Shown piece after piece: positions 1-10,716 of a stretch of DNA of 32,000 nucleotides. The translations under genes and the position numbers were made by a program. Below the pieces are notes generated by a model. It saw nothing but the letters and a program-made list of their open reading frames with translations, searched no databases and had not been told where the DNA came from. This DNA is from Corynebacterium amycolatum (GTDB taxonomy: Bacteria > Actinomycetota > Actinomycetes > Mycobacteriales > Mycobacteriaceae): NCBI RefSeq assembly GCF_049243625.1, contig NZ_CP046975.1; one strand, written 5' to 3'. Within the stretch, counting starts at the first letter, position 1. Each line of letters begins with the position of its first letter.

Positions 1-50
1 CCGCTAACAATGATTCGACGCAGTTCGGCGCCTCTCGCAACGCCGCAATT

Positions 51-1529
51 TTGTCCAATTACCTGCCGGCTATCGGCACTCGCGTGGTCATCGCTGCCGA
101 CAAGTCTCTGCCCGCGGACGCCGACGCGGTTCTCGTCGCGCTTATCGACGGCGAGGATGGCGTCGAGCTGGTCGCACCCGAGGCCATCGGTTCGGTTGCA
201 GAGCAGCTGCTCGCCTCCTTTGAGGCAGTCTCCGCCAGTGCTAAGGCCGAGTCCGTGACCACCATTCCGGCCCCCGCTGGCCTGGATGTCGACAGTGTCA
301 CGGGCGTTGGCGTGGGTTCTGAGGACCTGGATGCAGAGGATATCCGCCGTGCCTGCGGTGCCGCTGCCCGCCGTATGTCCAAGGCCAAGGTGGTCTTTAA
401 CACTCTCGGCGCCATCGATCCGCAGGCTGCAGCCGAGGGCTTTGCACTGGGCGCTTACGCTTACTCCGGCCAGAAAAGCGCCGAAGAAAGCAACGAGGAC
501 ACCCAGAAGGTGGTCGTGTTGGGCGCTGATGACGACGTCGTAAAGCGCGTTGCGGCGATTGTGGATGCCGTTGCCACCGCGCGTGACTTCGTCAATACAG
601 CATCGTCGCACCTCTACCCCGAGACGTTTGCTGACGCTGCTGCAGCGCTGGGCCGTGACGCAGGGCTCGAGGTCGAGGTGCTTGACGACGACGCTCTGCG
701 CGCCGGCGGTTTCGGAGGCCTCAATGCCGTGGGTGGCGGATCCTCGCGCGGGCCGCGCCTGGTGCGTCTGGTCTGGAAGGGCGATGAGTCGGCAGAGAAA
801 TCGCTGGGGCTGGTCGGTAAGGGCATCACCTTTGATACCGGCGGTATTTCGCTGAAGCCGGGCGCCAGCATGGAGAACATGATTTCCGATATGGGCGGCG
901 CTGCGGCAGTTATTGCCACAGTCGTCCTGGCTGCCCGTTTGGGTGTTTCCACCCCGGTGACCGCAACCGTTCCGATGGCAGAGAACATGCCGGGCGGTAA
1001 GGCGTACCGTCCGGGCGATGTCATTACGCAGTACGGCGGTAAGACCATTGAGATTCTGAACACCGACGCAGAGGGCCGTCTCGTACTCGCGGACGCCATT
1101 GTCCGCGCCTGCGAAGACAAGCCGACTCACCTGATTGACACCGCCACCCTGACCGGTGCGCAGCTGGTCGCTCTTGGCGAGCGCACCCCGGGTGTCCTGG
1201 GTAATGACGAGTTCCGTGACCGTGTTGCAGAGCTGTCTCAGAGCATTGGTGAAAATGGTTGGGCAATGCCGATTCCAGTTGAGCTAGCAGAGGCCTTGAA
1301 TTCTCCGGTCGCTGACCTGCGGAATGTCACGAACTCTCGCTTTGGCGGTATGAGCGTTGCAGCTGCATACCTGCGCGAATTCGTTGGTGAGGATGTTGAA
1401 TGGGTTCACATCGACGTTGCCGGTCCGGCCTTCAACACCACCGGGGAGTATGGTTATACCCCGAAGCGGGGCACTGGCGTTCCGGTTCGGACGATGTTCT
1501 CTGTGATTGAGGATTTGGCAACGAAGTAG
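51..1529 (+). CDS. pepA: Leucyl aminopeptidase, peptidase family M17
   Basis: 492-aa ORF with M17 hallmarks [16 protein letters not shown] and [15 protein letters not shown] at 51 is the first start in the ORF track, but the frame has no stop back to the window edge, so the true start could lie upstream. Confidence 0.9.
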   Translation: MSNYLPAIGTRVVIAADKSLPADADAVLVALIDGEDGVELVAPEAIGSVAEQLLASFEAVSASAKAESVTTIPAPAGLDVDSVTGVGVGSEDLDAEDIRRACGAAARRMSKAKVVFNTLGAIDPQAAAEGFALGAYAYSGQKSAEESNEDTQKVVVLGADDDVVKRVAAIVDAVATARDFVNTASSHLYPETFADAAAALGRDAGLEVEVLDDDALRAGGFGGLNAVGGGSSRGPRLVRLVWKGDESAEKSLGLVGKGITFDTGGISLKPGASMENMISDMGGAAAVIATVVLAARLGVSTPVTATVPMAENMPGGKAYRPGDVITQYGGKTIEILNTDAEGRLVLADAIVRACEDKPTHLIDTATLTGAQLVALGERTPGVLGNDEFRDRVAELSQSIGENGWAMPIPVELAEALNSPVADLRNVTNSRFGGMSVAAAYLREFVGEDVEWVHIDVAGPAFNTTGEYGYTPKRGTGVPVRTMFSVIEDLATK

Positions 1530-1702
1530 CCGGTCATCCGACTGCGCCCCACCCGGCTGGAATCCTGGCTGAAATGAGCTATTCCACGCACCAGTCGAAA
1601 GCGGGCGCAGCCCACGGGGCAAGCAGAGTTTTCAACCTGTAAGCTAATTTGTAATAACCGTCTTAAAACGAGATTTCTTAACTTTTCGAGGAGTGCACAA
1701 AC

Positions 1703-3745
1703 ATGGCGACCTCTATTGAGATGCCGGAGCTCGGTGAATCAGTTACCGAAGGCACCATTACCACCTGGCTGAAGAAGGTCGGCGACACCGTCGAGGTCGA
1801 CGAGCCGTTGCTCGAGGTTTCCACCGACAAGGTCGACACCGAAATTCCATCTCCGGTCGCCGGTGTTCTCACCGAGATTCTCTTTGAAGAAGACGACACC
1901 GTCGATGTTGGCGAGGTCATCGCAAAGGTCGGCGAGCCGGGCGAAGAGCCGGAAGGCGCTGACGATTCCGCAGAGGAGACTGAGGAAGAGGCTCCGAAGG
2001 AAGAAGCTGAAGAGCCAAATAAGGAAGCACCGAAGGCCGCTTCCGGTCCCGCTACTGACGTTGAGATGCCGGAGCTCGGCGAATCCGTCACCGAAGGCAC
2101 CATCACCACCTGGCTGAAGAAGGTCGGCGACACCGTCGATGTCGACGAGCCGTTGCTCGAGGTTTCCACCGACAAGGTCGACACCGAAATTCCGTCCCCG
2201 GTCGCAGGCACCCTGCTCGAGGTCCTCTACGACGAAGACGACACCGTTGACGTCGGCGAGGTCATCGCTCGCGTTGGCGATGCAGACGCCGCTCCGGCCG
2301 CCAACGAATCGGCTGAGGAAGAGGCCGAAGAGACATCTGCTGCAGTCGAGAAGGACGAGGAGCCAGTAAAGGCCAACGAGGAGACTGAGGAGAACTCCAC
2401 TGACGTTGACGCTGGCGACGCCACCGACGTTGAGATGCCGGAGCTCGGCGAATCCGTCACCGAAGGCACCATCACCACCTGGCTGAAGAAGGTCGGCGAC
2501 ACCGTCGAGGTCGACGAGCCGTTGCTCGAGGTTTCCACCGACAAGGTCGACACCGAAATTCCGTCCCCGGTCGCAGGCACCCTGCTCGAGGTCCTCTACG
2601 ACGAAGACGACACCGTTGACGTCGGCGAGGTCATCGCTCGCGTTGGCAGTGGCCAGCCAAAGAAGGCCGCACCAAAGAAGGAAGCTCCAAAGGCAGAGTC
2701 CAAGCCGGAGCCAAAGAAGGAAGCTCCAAAGGCAGAGTCCAAGCCGGAGCCAAAGAAGGAAGAGCCGAAGAAGGAGGCTCCAAAGGCTGAGGCTCCGAAG
2801 GCTGAATCCAAGCCTTCCGCCAACAAGGACGTTCCTTACGTCACCCCGCTTGTTCGCAAGCTGGCTGACAAGCACGGCGTTGACCTGACTAAGGTCCAGG
2901 GCTCTGGGATTGGCGGCCGCATTCGTAAGCAGGATGTTCTGCGCGCTGCCGAGGGAGGCCAGGAGACTGCTGCTGAGTCCGGCTCCAACTGGTCCACCAA
3001 GGGCGTTCGCCCTGAGCTCGCTGAGCTGCGCGGCACCACCCAGCGTGTCAACCGCATCCGCGAGATTACCGCTGCCAAGACCCTCGAGTCTCTGCAGACT
3101 TCCGCACAGCTGACCCAGGTCCACGAGGCAGATATGACTGCCATCTGGGATCTGCGCGCTACTAAGAAGGCTGAGTTCGAGAAGAAGCACGGCGCGAAGC
3201 TGACCTTCCTGCCATTCTTTGCAAAGGCAATCGTTGAGGCTCTGGTCAGCCACCCGAACGTCAACGCTTCCTGGAACGAAGAGACCAAGGAGATTACCTA
3301 CCACGAGCAGGTCAACCTGGGTATCGCTGTCGATACCGAACGTGGTTTGCTCTCCCCGGTCATCCACGACGCTCAGGATATGTCCCTGCCGGAGCTGGCT
3401 GCTGCTATCGCGGACATCGCAGACCGCGCTCGCAATAACAAGCTGACCCCGAAGGACCTGTCCGGCGGCACCTTCACCATTACCAACATTGGCTCCGAGG
3501 GCGCCTTGACCGACACCCCGATTCTGGTTCCGCCACAGGCTGCAATGGTCGGCACCGGCGCGATTAAGAAGCGCGCAGTAGTCGTCACCGAGAATGAGGC
3601 AGATGCCATTGGCATTCGTGCCATGGTCTTCCTGCCAATTACCTACGATCACCGCCTCATCGACGGCGCTGATGCAGGTCGCTTCATGACGACCGTTGTT
3701 GACCGCCTCGAGGTTGCTAACTTCGAATCGGATCTGCAGCTCTAA
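1703..3745 (+). CDS. sucB: Dihydrolipoamide acyltransferase E2 with three lipoyl domains (shared PDH/ODH-type E2 of corynebacteria)
   Basis: 680-aa ORF; ATG 1703 is preceded by GAGGAG (1688-1693). It has three N-terminal lipoyl domains, each with [14 protein letters not shown] (lipoyl-lysine motif), joined by Ala/Pro/Lys/Glu linkers. A peripheral-subunit-binding motif [16 protein letters not shown] and a C-terminal catalytic domain with DHRLIDGA follow. Confidence 0.95.
   Translation: MATSIEMPELGESVTEGTITTWLKKVGDTVEVDEPLLEVSTDKVDTEIPSPVAGVLTEILFEEDDTVDVGEVIAKVGEPGEEPEGADDSAEETEEEAPKEEAEEPNKEAPKAASGPATDVEMPELGESVTEGTITTWLKKVGDTVDVDEPLLEVSTDKVDTEIPSPVAGTLLEVLYDEDDTVDVGEVIARVGDADAAPAANESAEEEAEETSAAVEKDEEPVKANEETEENSTDVDAGDATDVEMPELGESVTEGTITTWLKKVGDTVEVDEPLLEVSTDKVDTEIPSPVAGTLLEVLYDEDDTVDVGEVIARVGSGQPKKAAPKKEAPKAESKPEPKKEAPKAESKPEPKKEEPKKEAPKAEAPKAESKPSANKDVPYVTPLVRKLADKHGVDLTKVQGSGIGGRIRKQDVLRAAEGGQETAAESGSNWSTKGVRPELAELRGTTQRVNRIREITAAKTLESLQTSAQLTQVHEADMTAIWDLRATKKAEFEKKHGAKLTFLPFFAKAIVEALVSHPNVNASWNEETKEITYHEQVNLGIAVDTERGLLSPVIHDAQDMSLPELAAAIADIADRARNNKLTPKDLSGGTFTITNIGSEGALTDTPILVPPQAAMVGTGAIKKRAVVVTENEADAIGIRAMVFLPITYDHRLIDGADAGRFMTTVVDRLEVANFESDLQL
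2057..2278 (+). repeat. 222-bp intragenic repeat, copy A (lipoyl domain 2 of E2)
   Basis: Base-by-base comparison with 2426-2647 shows a single difference (T at 2140 versus G at 2509, giving Asp versus Glu). The offset is 369 bp, so the copies are in frame. Confidence 0.95.
2426..2647 (+). repeat. 222-bp intragenic repeat, copy B (lipoyl domain 3 of E2)
   Basis: 221/222 identical to 2057-2278. Lipoyl domain 1 (about 1718-1940) is clearly more diverged at the DNA level. Confidence 0.95.
2672..2749 (+). repeat. Perfect 39-bp tandem duplication in the E2 linker (13-aa unit [13 protein letters not shown])
   Basis: ccaaagaaggaagctccaaaggcagagtccaagccggag occurs at 2672-2710 and again at 2711-2749, followed by a partial third unit. 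Confidence 0.9.
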
Positions 3746-3826
3746 GCAGCCTACTCCCCTCCTGGGGTGGTAGCGCCGCGGAAATATCTAGCTGGCTTGC
3801 TAGCAGGAGGTTCCACCTCTTCCCTG

Positions 3827-3870
3827 CCCGCGTTAGTCGCACTTTGCGACTGACGCGGGTATTTCTTTTT
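3827..3870 (+). terminator. Rho-independent terminator downstream of the E2 gene
   Basis: 15-bp stem cccgcgttagtcgca (3827-3841) / tgcgactgacgcggg (3845-3859) with one G-U pair and a 3-nt loop, followed by tatttcttttt. Confidence 0.85.
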
Positions 3871-4310
3871 CCGCATTCGTTCCGCAGTTGAACCTAATCA
3901 GCGATTCCTTCAAATGCGCAGCCACCCTCTTCTTGGCTAGTACTCAGATTTCGCGTAGCCACACATAGCTAACTCCATCGGCACAAAGAATTTACGCGCT
4001 GTTATTGCGCCATTAAGCCATTAGCGAACAACGGGAGGGTCTAGCCGAAAGCAAAGCCGCAAGTAGCAAATGTGCATACTTCTTGTACTGCCGAAATGCG
4101 AAAACGCCACACACCCACGCACTCAGTTTCGGCTATCGCTTCCAGCTACGCCAACGAGAGCCATAGATAGCGATAATTAAATTCATTATTTGTTAACCTA
4201 GTCGTCATCTAGTTAGCAATTAGCCTTTACCAATCTAAGAAATCATTAGACAGCAGGCTTCTTTGGCGTGCCTATTTTTGCTCTCTGTACGTAACTTAGA
4301 AAGGTGGAGC

Positions 4311-5936
4311 ATGTCCTCGGCTCCAGCGAATACTAGTTCGTCGACCGGGACCACATCGTCTGAGCAATCGAGCTCCTCAGATAAGTGGTGGCATCTCTTC
4401 TTCGGCGGGCTTCTCGCAATCAACATCGTAATTTTTGCCTTCTGGGCTTATGACTTCGTCGGCCCGCAGGCAAATACGGCAATTCTTCTGATTACCATCG
4501 CGTTCGCCGTCTTCATGGCATTCAATATCGGCGGTAACGACGTTGCTAACTCCTTCGGTACTTCAGTCGGTGCCGGCACCCTGAGCATGAAGCAGGCGCT
4601 AGTTGTCGCTTCAGTCTTTGAGGTTTCGGGCGCCGTCCTCGCAGGTGGCGAGGTTACTGACACCGTCCGTTCCGGCATTGTGGACCTGAATGCGATCCAC
4701 GGTTTGGACCCGATGGAGTTCGCCTTCATCATGATGTCCGCGCTTCTTGGCGCGGCAGTGTGGCTCCTCGTTGCCACCCGCATGGGTTGGCCAGTTTCCA
4801 CTACCCACTCCATCGTCGGCGGTATCGTTGGTGCCGCACTGACGGTCGGTTTCATCACCGGCAAGGGTGGCTGGAGCATGGTCCAGTGGGATCAGATCGG
4901 CCAGATTGCAATTTCCTGGGTTCTCTCCCCGCTCCTTGGTGGTATGGTCGCGTTTCTCCTGTTCGGCGGCATTAAGAAGTCGATTCTCGTCTATAACGAC
5001 AAGGCTTCTCAGCAGCTGCAGGCCATCCACCAGGAAAAGGCCGATCTTAAGGCTCAGCACCGTGAAGAGTTCGAAAAGCTGCCTGAGCACGAGCAGATCT
5101 CTTACACCAACGCGATGCTTCGCGACGCGACGACGATGCGCGACGCCGACTGGGAGCGGAATGACCTGGAGTCTGACTACTTCCGCAAGCTCGTTGACAT
5201 CGAGTCCAAGGTTGATGACGTCCGCGCTCACCGCGCGCTAGAAGCCTGGGTTCCAGGCCTGGCCGCATTGGGCTCCGTCGTCATCTCCGCGATGATGCTG
5301 TTCAAGGGGCTCAAGAACCTGCACCTGGGCCTGTCCGGCCTGGACAATTTCCTGATTATGGGCATGATTGCCACCGCCGTGTGGCTCGCCGTTTACATCT
5401 TCGCCCGCACTTTGAAGCGCCAGGACCTCGACCGCTCGACCTTCCTGCTGTTCAGCTGGATGCAGGTCTTCACCGCTTCTGCGTTCGCTTTCTCCCACGG
5501 TTCGAACGACATCGCTAACGCACTTGGCCCGTTCGTGGCAATTCTGGATGTTCTCCGTACCAACGAAATTTCTTCTGAGTCTGGTGTTCCGCTGGCAGTC
5601 ATGGCCACAATGGGTGTCGCTTTGATTTCCGGTCTGTGGTTCATCGGTCGCTACGTTATTCAGACTGTCGGTTCCGGCTTGACTAAGATGCACCCGGCGT
5701 CGGGCTTCGCCGCAGAGCTCTCTGCTGCTGTGGTCGTTATGATCGCTTCCCTGTTGGGTCTGCCGGTTTCTTCCACCCACATTCTGATTGGTGCTGTTCT
5801 CGGTGTCGGTATCGTTAACCGCGCCGCTAACTGGAACCTGATGAAGCCGATTGGTCTGGCCTGGGTTATCACTCTGCCGGCTGCTGCAGCTATCTCGGCA
5901 ATTACCGTTTCCATCCTGCGCGTCGTCTTCGGCTAA
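4311..5936 (+). CDS. Inorganic phosphate transporter, PiT (PHO4) family
   Basis: Both halves carry the PiT signature ([14 protein letters not shown] and [12 protein letters not shown]). The protein has many TM segments and a large charged central loop. ATG 4311 is directly preceded by AAGGTGGAG (4301-4309), so it is preferred over the TTG at 4263 in the ORF track. Confidence 0.9.
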   Translation: MSSAPANTSSSTGTTSSEQSSSSDKWWHLFFGGLLAINIVIFAFWAYDFVGPQANTAILLITIAFAVFMAFNIGGNDVANSFGTSVGAGTLSMKQALVVASVFEVSGAVLAGGEVTDTVRSGIVDLNAIHGLDPMEFAFIMMSALLGAAVWLLVATRMGWPVSTTHSIVGGIVGAALTVGFITGKGGWSMVQWDQIGQIAISWVLSPLLGGMVAFLLFGGIKKSILVYNDKASQQLQAIHQEKADLKAQHREEFEKLPEHEQISYTNAMLRDATTMRDADWERNDLESDYFRKLVDIESKVDDVRAHRALEAWVPGLAALGSVVISAMMLFKGLKNLHLGLSGLDNFLIMGMIATAVWLAVYIFARTLKRQDLDRSTFLLFSWMQVFTASAFAFSHGSNDIANALGPFVAILDVLRTNEISSESGVPLAVMATMGVALISGLWFIGRYVIQTVGSGLTKMHPASGFAAELSAAVVVMIASLLGLPVSSTHILIGAVLGVGIVNRAANWNLMKPIGLAWVITLPAAAAISAITVSILRVVFG

Positions 5937-5961
5937 ACCCAACAAGAGCACGCCACTTTCG

Positions 5962-6000
5962 CCCCGGCGGTCACTTTCTAGTGACCACCGGGGTATTTTT
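5962..6000 (+). terminator. Rho-independent terminator downstream of the PiT gene
   Basis: 13-bp stem ccccggcggtcac (5962-5974) / gtgaccaccgggg (5981-5993) with one mismatch and loop tttcta, followed by tattttt. Confidence 0.8.
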
Positions 6001-6069
6001 GTGGCTGGTGCTATCCAAGTAACAAGAAAACTAAGGCCCACAGAAATTCGGCGTATCCTATAGGCCACC

Positions 6070-6873
6070 ATGACTGCCCCAAGAAAACCTTTTACTCGCG
6101 CAGATAAATCCATTCGAGACTCTAGCTCCGACATCGAGATTCAGCACCTGGGTCTTGTCGACTACGAAGAGACCTGGCACCTACAGGCAGACCTTGCTGC
6201 CAAGCGTGCGAAAGACCTGATTCCAGATCAGATTCTCGTGCTCGAGCACCCGAGTCTTTACACAGCAGGAAAGCGCACCCAGCCCGAGGACCGCCCTACC
6301 AATGGGTTGTCGGTCGTCGATGTCGACCGCGGGGGCCGCATCACCTGGCACGGCCCGGGCCAGCTTGTGATGTATCCCATCATCAAGCTCGCTCAGCCGG
6401 TCGATGTGGTGGACTACGTCCGCAGACTGGAAGAAGCCCTCATTCAAACCGTTCGCCGGGCTGGCATCGCAGCTGCTGGCCGCATCGATGGCCGCTCGGG
6501 GGTATGGATTCCCGCATCAAACGGAATTAGCGACCGAAAGATTGCGGCACTGGGAATCCGCGTGACTCATGATGTGACCATGCACGGACTGAGTCTGAAC
6601 TGCGACAACTCTATGGAGTTCTACAACTACATCATCCCGTGTGGCATCTCCGATGCTGGAGTGACCACCCTATCCCGGGAGCTTGACCGAGATGTTAGCG
6701 TGTCAGAGATGACAGAGTCGCTTCTGGCGGATTTACAAGATGCTTTGGAAGGCCGTCTGACCGTTGCCGACCATTCCTTTGGCTCCGCGCCCGACCCCAC
6801 GAAGGGCCTGCCACACCGGGTGAAGCACAACTCCACTACCGGCATATTCGAGTACTCATCAACAAACAAGTAG
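6070..6873 (+). CDS. lipB: Lipoyl(octanoyl) transferase
   Basis: 267-aa ORF with LipB motifs [18 protein letters not shown] and KIAALGIRV. It lies immediately upstream of lipA. Confidence 0.93.
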   Translation: MTAPRKPFTRADKSIRDSSSDIEIQHLGLVDYEETWHLQADLAAKRAKDLIPDQILVLEHPSLYTAGKRTQPEDRPTNGLSVVDVDRGGRITWHGPGQLVMYPIIKLAQPVDVVDYVRRLEEALIQTVRRAGIAAAGRIDGRSGVWIPASNGISDRKIAALGIRVTHDVTMHGLSLNCDNSMEFYNYIIPCGISDAGVTTLSRELDRDVSVSEMTESLLADLQDALEGRLTVADHSFGSAPDPTKGLPHRVKHNSTTGIFEYSSTNK

Positions 6874-6882
6874 GGTGAAACT

Positions 6883-7941
6883 GTGACTGTTAAGCCAGAA
6901 GGACGTAAGTTACTGCGCGTCGAGGCACGAAATGCCGAGACCCCTATCGAAAACAAGCCACGGTGGATCCGCAACCAGGTTCGCCCGGGCCCCAGCTATA
7001 AAGACATGAAGAGCCGTGTCTCGGGCGCCTCCCTGCACACAGTTTGTCAGGAGGCTGGCTGCCCAAACATTCACGAATGCTGGGAAGACCGCGAGGCCAC
7101 CTTCCTTATCGGCGGCGACAAGTGCACCCGCCGCTGCGACTTCTGCCAGATTAACTCTGCCAAGCCGGATCCCTTGGACAAGGACGAGCCGCGCCGTGTC
7201 GCCGAGTCCGTCCGCGAGATGGATCTTCGCTACGCGACCATCACCGGTGTCGCCCGCGACGACCTGCCCGACGGCGCATCCTGGCTCTACGCAGAGACAT
7301 GCCGACAGATTCACGAGCTCAACCCGAATACGGGGGTCGAGCTCCTGGTCGACGATTTCCGTGGCGACGAATCCGCCGCACAGCAGGTCTTCGATGCCAA
7401 GCCCGAGGTTTTCGCCCACAACTTGGAGACGGTGCCGCGCATCTTCAAGCGCATCCGTCCAGCATTCCGCTACGAGCGCTCCTTGGAACTCATCACTCGT
7501 GCTCGCGAAGCTGGGCTGGTTACCAAGTCCAACCTCATCCTGGGCATGGGCGAAACCTACGACGAAATCATCTCCGCTATGGAAGATTTGCACGGAGCCG
7601 GCTGCGACATCCTGACAATTACGCAGTACCTCCGGCCCACCCCGCTGCACCACCCAATTGACCGTTGGGTCAAGCCGGAAGAGTTCGTCAAACTCTCCAA
7701 GGCTGCCGAAGAGATGGGCTTCGCTGGCGTCATGTCAGGACCGCTAGTCCGTTCCTCTTACCGCGCTGGACGGCTCTACGCCCGCGCGCTGGCGCACCGC
7801 GGTCAGGAGCTGCCTGAGCATCTCTCCGCGCTTGCCGACGACGGCGGCAGCGACCTCGCCCTGCAGGAGGCCTCAACCCTACTCGACCGCTATGGCGCAT
7901 CGGAAGATACGCCAGTCACTTCGGCTATTCCGGCTTCCTAG
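6883..7941 (+). CDS. lipA: Lipoyl synthase (radical SAM)
   Basis: 352-aa ORF with a GTG start. It has the N-terminal auxiliary cluster motif [13 protein letters not shown] and the radical-SAM motif CTRRCDFC. The N-terminus [23 protein letters not shown] is typical of actinobacterial LipA. Confidence 0.95.
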   Translation: MTVKPEGRKLLRVEARNAETPIENKPRWIRNQVRPGPSYKDMKSRVSGASLHTVCQEAGCPNIHECWEDREATFLIGGDKCTRRCDFCQINSAKPDPLDKDEPRRVAESVREMDLRYATITGVARDDLPDGASWLYAETCRQIHELNPNTGVELLVDDFRGDESAAQQVFDAKPEVFAHNLETVPRIFKRIRPAFRYERSLELITRAREAGLVTKSNLILGMGETYDEIISAMEDLHGAGCDILTITQYLRPTPLHHPIDRWVKPEEFVKLSKAAEEMGFAGVMSGPLVRSSYRAGRLYARALAHRGQELPEHLSALADDGGSDLALQEASTLLDRYGASEDTPVTSAIPAS

Positions 7942-8035
7942 AGGCCTGACGGCCTCAGCGCCGTCGTAAAGCGAAACGGCGCTACGGCGCGGTCTATTGC
8001 CTAAAACTACATCGCATGCCCTAAAGTTGGTGATT

Positions 8036-8815
8036 ATGGCGACCAATGATGCGAAAGAAATGAAGAAGGCGAACCGCGCCGCCAAGCGCGCTCAGCGTAA
8101 GCAGACCCGTAGCCAGATGTGGCAGGCGTTTAAGCTGCAGCGCTCGCGGGACAACAAGCTCGTGCCGTACATGGCACTGGGCTTCTTCGGTCCAATTATC
8201 CTTCTGTTATTGCTTGGCCTGCTCATTGGTGGAGTCTGGCCCTGGGTTCTGACGATTATTGGTATTTCGATCGGCTTTATGGTCGCGATGTACATCTTCT
8301 CCAAGCGTCTTGAGGCTTCCTTCTACACAGAGGCAGAAGGCCAGGCCGGTGCTGCGGCGTGGACGCTGGACAATATGCGTCAGGGCGTTGGCTATGTCTG
8401 GCACGTCAAGACCGGTGTTGTCGCTAATCAGCACATGGATGCTGTTCACCGTGTTATTGGTAACGCCGGTGTTGTGCTGGTCGGTGAAGGTGACCCGAAC
8501 CGCGTCAAGCAGATGATTGCTCGTGAGAAGAAGTCGCTGGCACGCATTGCGGGCGAAGCTCCGATTTACGACATGATTGCTGGCAGCGACGAGGGGCAGG
8601 TCCCGCCAAAGAAGCTGCAGCGCGAACTCATGCGTCTGCCGCGCAACCTGAATAAGGATCAGGCCAATGCTTTGAATGAGCGCATCCAGTCGATGGACCG
8701 CATTCGCGATGCGCGCGCGAACATGCCCAAGGGGCCGATGCCGAAGGGAGCTAACCCACAGGCCGGCATGAACCGTCGTGCGCGCCGTGCCGCAAATCGC
8801 GGCAAGAAGCACTAG
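8036..8815 (+). CDS. DUF4191-family membrane protein (Rv2219-like)
   Basis: Basic N-terminus, two TM helices and a C-terminal soluble part. Its position directly after lipA matches the conserved Corynebacteriales arrangement. ATG 8036 (MATNDAKE...) is preferred over the TTG at 7997. Confidence 0.75.
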   Translation: MATNDAKEMKKANRAAKRAQRKQTRSQMWQAFKLQRSRDNKLVPYMALGFFGPIILLLLLGLLIGGVWPWVLTIIGISIGFMVAMYIFSKRLEASFYTEAEGQAGAAAWTLDNMRQGVGYVWHVKTGVVANQHMDAVHRVIGNAGVVLVGEGDPNRVKQMIAREKKSLARIAGEAPIYDMIAGSDEGQVPPKKLQRELMRLPRNLNKDQANALNERIQSMDRIRDARANMPKGPMPKGANPQAGMNRRARRAANRGKKH

Positions 8816-8885
8816 AGGCTTAGCTAGGTTTCACCAGAGCCAGTTGCTCGGGCAACCCGACGAGGGACAACCTAGGTTGAAGCAG

Positions 8886-8913
8886 AAAAAAGGGGCTTTC
8901 GGGCCCCTTTTTT
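8886..8913 (+). terminator. Symmetric (potentially bidirectional) rho-independent terminator
   Basis: aaaaaaggggct-ttcg-ggcccctttttt: a GC stem closed by a UUCG-type tetraloop, flanked by an A6 run and a T6 run. Confidence 0.85.
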
Positions 8914-9043
8914 GTGCTCTAAAGCTTTAAAACGAAGTCCAAAACCACGACTTCAAACACAGTTATTGATGTCTTGTTGAAGTGATTACTCTCACTTATC
9001 ACGCCGTCAGCAAAGGTTATATCCTTGCTGAAAACAATGCTTA

Positions 9044-10699
9044 ATGAAGATTACTGCTAGTTGTGCCACCATGGGATATGTGCAACTCTTGGCTGAAAAT
9101 GAACTCTTAGCGCTTCTAGTGATTTTGTTTCTTGGCCTGGCAATTGGCCAGATCAAGATCTTCGGCTTCAAGCTTGGCGTGGCTGCCGTCCTCTTCGTCG
9201 GCCTTATCCTCGCGACCATTGAGCCGGAAATTCAAATCTCCCCGCTGATTTACATCGTGGGCCTGGCATTATTCGTCTACACCATCGGGTTGGAGGCGGG
9301 CCCCGAATTCTTCAGCTCGTTACGCTCACGCGGTATCAAGCACAACTTATTCGGCATTGGTGTGCTCGCAGTTGTCACTATCGAGTCTTTCTTGCTAATC
9401 AAGTTTTTGCCTATCGACCCGGTGGAGGGCGCAGGTGCCTTCACAGGCGCCCTGACCAACACCCCGGCTATGGCAGCAATCGTCGATGCTCTTCCTAGCC
9501 TCATTTCGGATAAGGGCGAGCTGGCCGCTGCCCACGATATGCCGGTGATTGGTTACTCCCTGGCCTACCCAATCGGCGTGCTGGCAGTGATTGCCTCAAT
9601 CGGTATTATGTCGAAGGTCTTCCGCGTCGATCACGACCAGGAAGCTATTGACGCAGGTGTCGCCGCGCTTCCGCTGCATACTCGGGACATCAAGGTCCTC
9701 AAGAACGACCTGCCGTCCATCACTGACCTTCCGTCGAAGTTCGGTTTGGACATCACGGTTTCACGCATCGAGTATAAGGGCCACCTCTACATTCCATCTC
9801 CGGGTGACACTGTCTCCGTCGGCGATATTATTTCCGTCGTCGGTACAGAGGAAGAAATTGCTCGTGCCGCCGAGTACATTGGCGAGCTTATGCCAGGTGA
9901 TCCGACACACGACGGTCGCCTGGACTTCCGTCGCATCTTCGTCTCCGCATCTGACGTGGTGGGCGTACCCATTGCGGAGCTTCAGACTCGCATGGACGGC
10001 ATGATCATTACGCGTATTCGCCGCGGCGACCACGACATCGTCGCGGAACCAAACATGCGCCTCGAGCTTGGCGACCGCGTCCGCGTGGTTGCACCACCAG
10101 AGAAAATCAAGGACGCAACAAAGTTCTTCGGCGACTCTTACAAGAAGCTTTCCGACGTCAACCTCTTGCCTCTCACCCTTGGGCTTACGCTGGGTGTATT
10201 GGTCGGTCTCATCAAGATTCCGCTTCCGGGCGGCAGCTCGCTAGCCTTGGGATCCGCTGGTGGTCCACTGGTTGTGGCGCTGATTCTAGGTGCTGTTGGT
10301 CGCACTGGCCCGTTGGTTTGGCCTATCCCCTACTCGGCCAACCTGGCGTTCCGCACCATGGGTCTGGCACTGTTCCTGGCTGGTATCGGCACTACTGCTG
10401 GTAAGGGATTCCAGGCTGCGTTGTCTGACCCGGCATCACTGACAGTTCTGGGCCTTGCCGCCATCATCGCCTTTAGCTCCGCACTGTTGACCCTCATTGT
10501 CGGTCACCGCGTGCTGAAGATTCCGTTCGGTCAAACTGCGGGTATCCTCTCGGGCTTGCAGACTCACCCGGCAGTGCTCTCATACGTCAACGACCAGGCC
10601 AAGAACGAGTTGCCGGCAATGGGATACACAACGGTGTATCCGATGGCCATGATCATGAAGATCATTCTCGCCCAAGTCCTGGTCGTGTTGGTGCTATAG
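9044..10699 (+). CDS. AAE-family (aspartate:alanine exchanger / YidE-YbjL-like) transporter with two central RCK_C (TrkA-C) domains
   Basis: Duplicated membrane halves flank two TrkA-C-like cytoplasmic domains (ITVSRIEYKGHLYIPSPGDTVSVGDIISVVG and IITRIRRGDHDIVAEPNMRLELGDRVRVVA). The start is ambiguous between ATG 9044 and ATG 9071, and neither has a good SD. Confidence 0.8.
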   Translation: MKITASCATMGYVQLLAENELLALLVILFLGLAIGQIKIFGFKLGVAAVLFVGLILATIEPEIQISPLIYIVGLALFVYTIGLEAGPEFFSSLRSRGIKHNLFGIGVLAVVTIESFLLIKFLPIDPVEGAGAFTGALTNTPAMAAIVDALPSLISDKGELAAAHDMPVIGYSLAYPIGVLAVIASIGIMSKVFRVDHDQEAIDAGVAALPLHTRDIKVLKNDLPSITDLPSKFGLDITVSRIEYKGHLYIPSPGDTVSVGDIISVVGTEEEIARAAEYIGELMPGDPTHDGRLDFRRIFVSASDVVGVPIAELQTRMDGMIITRIRRGDHDIVAEPNMRLELGDRVRVVAPPEKIKDATKFFGDSYKKLSDVNLLPLTLGLTLGVLVGLIKIPLPGGSSLALGSAGGPLVVALILGAVGRTGPLVWPIPYSANLAFRTMGLALFLAGIGTTAGKGFQAALSDPASLTVLGLAAIIAFSSALLTLIVGHRVLKIPFGQTAGILSGLQTHPAVLSYVNDQAKNELPAMGYTTVYPMAMIMKIILAQVLVVLVL

Positions 10700-10716
10700 C
10701 GCTAACCCAAACAGCG

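Noticed and set aside
1739-3652. 637-aa ORF on the minus strand covering almost the whole E2 gene
   Set aside because: This is a shadow ORF antisense to a gene with unmistakable lipoyl, PSBD and catalytic-domain motifs. Its translation is low-complexity (runs of L/G/V/R) with no recognisable domain. Long antisense ORFs are expected at this GC content.
5238-6134. 298-aa minus-strand ORF overlapping the 3' half of the PiT gene and the terminator
   Set aside because: It is antisense to a well-supported transporter gene, spans a terminator hairpin, and has no recognisable domain or RBS.
7941-7983. Two adjacent small hairpins (gaggcc/ggcctc at 7941-7956 and agcgccgt/acggcgct at 7957-7983) between lipA and the DUF4191 gene
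   Set aside because: The stems are GC-rich but short and have no T-run. The genes are probably co-transcribed, as in related genomes, and the evidence is not strong enough to call a terminator or attenuator.
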